Below, piece after piece: positions 7,732 to 11,382 of a DNA stretch of 11,382 nt. Numbering within the stretch: position 1 is the stretch's first letter; every line of letters starts with the position of its first letter. The notes below the pieces were generated by a model. It saw only the letters and a program-made list of their open reading frames with translations, was not told the origin of the DNA and did no database searches. The DNA comes from Armatimonadota bacterium (lineage in GTDB: Bacteria; Armatimonadota; Armatimonadia; Armatimonadales; Armatimonadaceae), in assembly GCA_043754515.1 (NCBI GenBank), contig JAYUUO010000164.1:1-11382 (forward strand), read 5' to 3'. Both the position numbers and the translations under genes were made by a program.

Positions 7732-8588
7732 TGAACCAGTCAAAAATGATAGCCGCGCTACTCGGCGCGGTGTTGCTGCTCTCGCCTGCTCTCGCCCCCA
7801 TCGCAGTCCAGGCGCAGACGAGCACGAAGACAAAGGCGGGACCGACTGGGTCCGCTTCGTCCGCGAAACTGCCGTCGGTGACGAAGATTCTGGCGGATGT
7901 GGCGGCGGCGGCGGGAGATAAAGCCGCGTTCACGAAGATCAAAACGCTCGTGATGCGCGGGACGATGACGCTGTCGGCGCAGAATCTTAGTGGGGCGATG
8001 GATATACAAATGGCGTTCCCCGACAAAATACATGTGTCGCAGGAGATCGGCGGGGTAGGTAAGTTCGAGCAGGGCTACGACGGTAAGCAGGGCTGGAGTC
8101 GCGACCCGCTCAACGGACTCCGGACGCTCGCTGGCGCGGAACTCGGCCAGATGCGGCGCCAGGCGGACGAGGTCCGTAGCAGTGATTGGCACCAACTCTA
8201 CTCGAAGGCGGAGCTGATCGGGCTACGCAAAGTCGGTGCCGAGAGCGCGTACGCGGTGCGACTCACCCCGAAACGCGGCGGAAAACCGGTGATAATCTAT
8301 TACGACACCCGCACGAAACTCCCCCTGCGCACCGACACCATCGTGGAAACTGCCCAGGGCGCCATTCCCACGCAGACCTTCGCCAGCGATTTCCGCATCG
8401 TGAGCGGCGTCATGATGCCTTTCAAATCGCGGCAGGTGATCGGCGCGACCGAGGTTTCCCTGTTGTATGACCGGATCGAGTTCAACGCGCCGATCAACGA
8501 GTCCGTGTTCGCCAAGCCGACCGCGGTTACAACGGTTGCGAAGCCCGAAGCCCCGAAGCCCGAAGCCCCGAAGCCCGTCGCGCCGTAG
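7731..8588 (+). CDS. Secreted protein (285 aa), probable LolA-like/outer-membrane-sorting beta fold
   Basis: The likely true start is ATG 7731, overlapping the S41 stop (TAATG). Signal peptide MNQSKMIAALLGAVLLLSPALAPIAVQA. It has LPSV..IL.....A.G.KAA..KIKT...GT, GYDGK.GW, YYD..T.LP.R and SDFR.V.GV..PF patterns typical of LolA-like sorting-domain proteins. Confidence 0.7.
   Translation: MNQSKMIAALLGAVLLLSPALAPIAVQAQTSTKTKAGPTGSASSAKLPSVTKILADVAAAAGDKAAFTKIKTLVMRGTMTLSAQNLSGAMDIQMAFPDKIHVSQEIGGVGKFEQGYDGKQGWSRDPLNGLRTLAGAELGQMRRQADEVRSSDWHQLYSKAELIGLRKVGAESAYAVRLTPKRGGKPVIIYYDTRTKLPLRTDTIVETAQGAIPTQTFASDFRIVSGVMMPFKSRQVIGATEVSLLYDRIEFNAPINESVFAKPTAVTTVAKPEAPKPEAPKPVAP
8541..8585 (+). repeat. 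3 x 15-bp tandem repeat encoding KPEAP-KPEAP-KPVAP C-terminal tail
   Basis: AAGCCCGAAGCCCCG x2 followed by AAGCCCGTCGCGCCG immediately before the stop codon. Confidence 0.85.
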
Positions 8589-8597
8589 CGCACGTGG

Positions 8598-8712
8598 GCG
8601 GTGATGTAAGGGAGTCTGATTCATCCCGATCTGTGGAAACCGTTGGGTACCCTGGATCGGGAAGAGTCCTAACGAAGCTTGTTCACCGCTACCCGCGACA
8701 CATTACGCGGGT
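8598..8712 (+). other. Intergenic nested stem-loop plus adjacent hairpin downstream of the ABC/S41 operon
   Basis: Nested pairings GCGGTGA 8598-8604/TCACCGC 8683-8689, GGAGTCT 8611-8617/AGAGTCC 8663-8669 and TCCCGATCT 8624-8632/GGATCGGGA 8654-8662, followed by ACCCGCG 8691-8697/CGCGGGT 8706-8712. Confidence 0.4.
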
Positions 8713-8990
8713 CGTGGAAAGGATCCTCAATATTGGTGCTGATGGCCTAGCGTCCGCTCAACGCGAGTATGTAAACCCCGGATGGAACGCTCCTGAAGCG
8801 ACAAATTCGGCGAGTGCGAATTAATTCGGCGAAAAGTTGTGTTGGCATACATCTTGCAAAAGGTTCGTATGGGGTGGGATATTTATCGCCCCCCGGACGA
8901 CTCTGATATATCGCACGCTTGTTGAAACGACCGCGATATACAATCCTCCTGTACCTTTAGGCCGGAATAGAAAGACACTCGCAAAGTATT

Positions 8991-9359
8991 ATGGCAAACC
9001 TTACCAACTCGCTCGCGGCGATTATGCAACTCCCCGGAGCCATCGGCACGGCTATCGTTGACCTCGAAAGCGGCATGAGCCTCGGACAAGCGGGCGGCGG
9101 CACGCTCAACCTGGATGTAGCGGCGGCGGGCAACACCGAAGTCGTACGGGCTAAGATGCGCACGATGGGCGATCTGGGCTTGAACGATGAGATCGAAGAC
9201 ATCCTGATCACGCTCAGCACTCAGTATCACATCATCCGCCCGCTCAAAAGCAAGGGCGCGGCGGGACTGTTCATCTACGTCGCTCTGGACAAGGCCAAAG
9301 CGAACCTCGCGCTCTCGCGGCACAAGATCAACGAGATCGGCACCACGCTGACCATATAA
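8991..9359 (+). CDS. Roadblock/LC7-like (MglB-fold) small protein
   Basis: GA.G.AIVD.ESGM.LG..GGG..LDVAAAGNTEVVRAK..TM..LGL.D.IEDILITL..QYH.IRPL......FIY.ALDK.KANLAL.R is a highly conserved, widespread roadblock-like family pattern. Confidence 0.8.
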   Translation: MANLTNSLAAIMQLPGAIGTAIVDLESGMSLGQAGGGTLNLDVAAAGNTEVVRAKMRTMGDLGLNDEIEDILITLSTQYHIIRPLKSKGAAGLFIYVALDKAKANLALSRHKINEIGTTLTI

Positions 9360-9361
9360 GT

Positions 9362-9416
9362 CGGCCCGCCTCGGAAATCGCTTCTGTCGCGCAAGTGCCA
9401 GAAGCGATTCGGGCCG
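9362..9416. terminator. Long hairpin between convergent roadblock and BLUF genes, probable bidirectional terminator
   Basis: AATCGCTTCTG 9376-9386 / CAGAAGCGATT 9399-9409 around a GCAA loop, extended by CGGCCCG 9362-9368 / CGGGCCG 9410-9416. Confidence 0.55.
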
Positions 9417-9425
9417 GAGGTAGGC

Positions 9426-9896
9426 TTACATGATCTGCCGGAATATAAGCAGCAGACGCAACCCTGGATGTAACTCGCCGCTCGCGTCGCCGGGGTGGTA
9501 TCCGGGCGACGTTTCCACCATCTCCTCCAGGTCCCCTTTACCTGACAAGCGACGATAGGCGCGTTCGTTCTCCTCGGCACCGCGTTCGTCCGCCGAGATG
9601 AAGTGCATAGTCCACTCGGGGAAAACACGCCGTCGGGCGAAACCGCTGGTCAGGGTCATAATCCCCGAGTGGCGCGGGTCGCAGTAGATTTTGCCCCTGA
9701 GTTCTTCGACCTCCTCTTCCGATCCTTCCAGCATCTGGACGAATATGCCATTTCTGTAAAGGAGTGCCCCGGTCACGCCGCGCCGCCCGTTCGCGGTGCA
9801 CGACGTTCTGAGCAACTCGGATAAAGCCTCTTCGTCGAAAGGAGTCGTAGCGGTGCTTGTGTATACCAGGTAATACAACGAATTGCCCTGCCCCAT
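9426..9896 (-). CDS. Stand-alone BLUF-domain blue-light photoreceptor
   Basis: LVYTS (Tyr), S...N.RRGVTGALLY..G.FVQMLEG (Asn, Gln), I..DPRH and R.FPEWTM (Trp, Met): all key flavin-photocycle residues are present. A short C-terminal helical extension follows with no output domain. Start 9896 has an upstream AGGA; the ORF extends to 9929. Confidence 0.92.
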   Translation of the reverse strand: MGQGNSLYYLVYTSTATTPFDEEALSELLRTSCTANGRRGVTGALLYRNGIFVQMLEGSEEEVEELRGKIYCDPRHSGIMTLTSGFARRRVFPEWTMHFISADERGAEENERAYRRLSGKGDLEEMVETSPGYHPGDASGELHPGLRLLLIFRQIM

Positions 9897-9928
9897 GATA
9901 CTGTTTTCCTGCTTCCTCATTAGCGACA

Positions 9929-10024
9929 TAAGTAATCGGTCTGAATAAAGTTTAACTAAAAATCGTTCGTTTCACTCTCGAAGTAGGTCGAACTTAGTCA
10001 AACTTTATTCAGACCGATTACTTA
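9929..10024. mobile_element. 96-bp MITE-like element with 31-bp terminal inverted repeats and TA ends
   Basis: TAAGTAATCGGTCTGAATAAAGTTTAACTAA (9929-9959) versus the reverse complement of 9994-10024 gives a 30/31 match. The element is AT-rich, has a 34-bp core and ends in TA on both sides. Confidence 0.65.
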
Positions 10025-10257
10025 ATTCTCTTCCTGCGCGTTCAGATTGATGCCCGGGACCCCCAGGGCGGCATCGCTCCCCATGAACACAGGAACAAAG
10101 GCCCCATAGTACGTTGACGACCATCACGAGCCACGCACACCCGATGGGGAACGCGCGAAGCGTGCATACTCACCTGGCTATTCCTTCCAGGCTCCCGGCA
10201 ACGATCCTTCTGACCGGGCTGCGATTCGCCCGATCGCCGCGCCGTTTGTGTTTCGGC

Positions 10258-10647
10258 TCACTCTTTGAATAGGGTGACAGCCTCTTGGATGGCGAAACGC
10301 GCTTGCATGAGCGTCACGCCGCTCTTCTCCAGCGCGATGAAGAAGAAAAGCTTCTCGAACTTACCTTTTTTTAATATTTGTAAATCTAGAGGGTAAACGA
10401 GATGATAATGTAAGCGCGAGGTAAAAACGATCTCCTCAATAGCATCGCTCATTCCCATCGCGTCTATTTCCCTTTGCTTTGCCCGGATGAATTTGGCGTA
10501 ATAATCTATTTGCGAATCAATATCTATGCTCTTCCCGCCGATGAGGGCGAGGCAAGCCACGAACGTGACATCAACGAGCGCGGCACCAACGCACCCTGGC
10601 ACCTGCTGCATTCTTTTCAACGCGATCGTCAAGCGCGAAGTAGTCAT
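10258..10647 (-). CDS. Divergent Roadblock/LC7-like protein, paralogue of 8991-9359
   Basis: Aligns by eye to the 8991 protein: VPGCVGAALVD / LPGAIGTAIVD; FIRAKQREIDAMGMSDAIEEIVFT..LHYHLVYPL / VVRAKMRTMGDLGLNDEIEDILIT..TQYHIIRPL; LFFFIALEKS..TL..AR / LFIYVALDKA..NL..SR. Confidence 0.78.
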   Translation of the reverse strand: MTTSRLTIALKRMQQVPGCVGAALVDVTFVACLALIGGKSIDIDSQIDYYAKFIRAKQREIDAMGMSDAIEEIVFTSRLHYHLVYPLDLQILKKGKFEKLFFFIALEKSGVTLMQARFAIQEAVTLFKE

Positions 10648-10730
10648 ATTTTCTGTTTGTATTCCTATCTAATCTGTGCGTCGAGGCACGCAGAAAACTA
10701 TAGCTACCCAATTGACCATTAAACGAAACA

Positions 10731-10739
10731 ATTATAGCA
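10731..10739 (-). promoter_or_regulatory. Extended -10 promoter (TG-C-TATAAT) for the minus-strand roadblock gene
   Basis: The + strand ATTATAGCA reads TGCTATAAT on the minus strand, about 85 nt upstream of ATG 10647. Confidence 0.6.
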
Positions 10740-10851
10740 CGGTTTCGATTAAGTGCGTGAAATGCCTATATACTCCCCAGGGCGATTGCATTACAGTTTG
10801 GCTCCTTGTCCGGCGAGGGGGGGCGGAACAGCAACGTCCCCGGTGGAGGCG

Positions 10852-10904
10852 GGACGGCGGGTGGGAACCGCCCGCCGTCCGTACCCGCGAATATTTTTCG
10901 CGGG
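10852..10904. repeat. Two adjacent GC-rich palindromes in the divergent intergenic region
   Basis: GGACGGCGGGTGG-GAA-CCGCCCGCCGTCC (10852-10880) and CCCGCGAA-TATTT-TTCGCGGG (10884-10904). Confidence 0.6.
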
Positions 10905-10920
10905 ATCTTCGCGTTTCGGC

Positions 10921-10949
10921 TTGACAAAGCGGGTGACGTTTCGTACAAT
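10921..10949 (+). promoter_or_regulatory. Sigma70-type promoter for the prepilin/DUF1559 gene
   Basis: TTGACA (10921-10926), 17-bp spacer, TACAAT (10944-10949). Confidence 0.8.
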
Positions 10950-10952
10950 TTG

Positions 10953-10968
10953 ATTGAATCGAAACAAT
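10953..10968. promoter_or_regulatory. Candidate LacI-family operator overlapping the predicted transcription start
   Basis: ATTGAATCGAAACAAT is an imperfect palindrome (12/16 symmetric) centred on CG. Related sites occur at 10718-10732 and 10741-10752. Confidence 0.5.
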
Positions 10969-11042
10969 AGCGACGGCGTTGTCAAACCGCCGTCAAGGGC
11001 TGGCGAGCCGCTGAATCAACCATCGTCGAAGAAGGTAACCCA

Positions 11043-11382
11043 ATGCAACTCAAATCCTCCCCCACGAATACAGTGACCCGCCGGGCGTTCACGCTCATCG
11101 AACTGCTAGTTATTATCGCTATTATCGCGATCCTGGCAGCGATCCTGTTCCCCGTGTTCGCGCAAGCCCGCGAGAAAGCGCGACAAGCCTCCTGTCTGTC
11201 CAACGAAAAGCAGATCGGTCTCGCCTTCATCCAGTATTCGCAGGATTATGACGAGACATTCCCCTACGCGTTCGTTTTCCCGAACGGCTGGGTGAACACC
11301 AGTTGGCCCGTTATCGTGCAACCCTACATGAAGTCGCTCGACGTGATGGGATGTCCTTCGGACTCGGCCGCGAGAGACCTCG
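11043..11382 (+). CDS. Prepilin-type N-terminal cleavage/methylation domain protein, DUF1559 family (3' truncated)
   Basis: Not in the ORF track because there is no stop in the window. ATG 11043 follows GAAGG. Translation: [74 protein letters not shown]...W...VQPYMKS.DV.GCPSD. Confidence 0.92.
   Translation, partial: MQLKSSPTNTVTRRAFTLIELLVIIAIIAILAAILFPVFAQAREKARQASCLSNEKQIGLAFIQYSQDYDETFPYAFVFPNGWVNTSWPVIVQPYMKSLDVMGCPSDSAARDL

Noticed and set aside
6262..8585. Short tandem repeats as possible CRISPR or contingency loci
   Set aside because: Both are in-frame 15-bp units without spacers that encode Pro-rich linkers. Copy-number change would not shift the frame.

Overview
GC-rich bacterial window. 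The DUF1559-type prepilin-like gene at the right end suggests Armatimonadota or a similar lineage (inference). From left to right: (1) the end of a prophage-like block with a Mu gp29/DUF935-like portal C-terminus, an unknown 134-aa ORF and an M15-type peptidase/endolysin; (2) a STAS anti-sigma-factor antagonist gene bracketed by two diverged, oppositely oriented copies of a ~185-nt non-coding element (about 86% identical by hand alignment) whose differences largely preserve base pairing, which is the most striking unexplained signal; (3) dapA; (4) a tightly coupled operon of NatA/NatB-like ABC exporter, PDZ-S41 protease and a secreted LolA-like protein; (5) a stand-alone BLUF photoreceptor gene between two convergent Roadblock/LC7-like paralogues, with a 96-bp MITE-like inverted repeat just upstream of BLUF; (6) a divergent promoter region with near-consensus sigma70 elements and three copies of a LacI-like operator, followed by a truncated prepilin-type/DUF1559 gene. 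All calls come from reading motifs by eye; no database searches were run.
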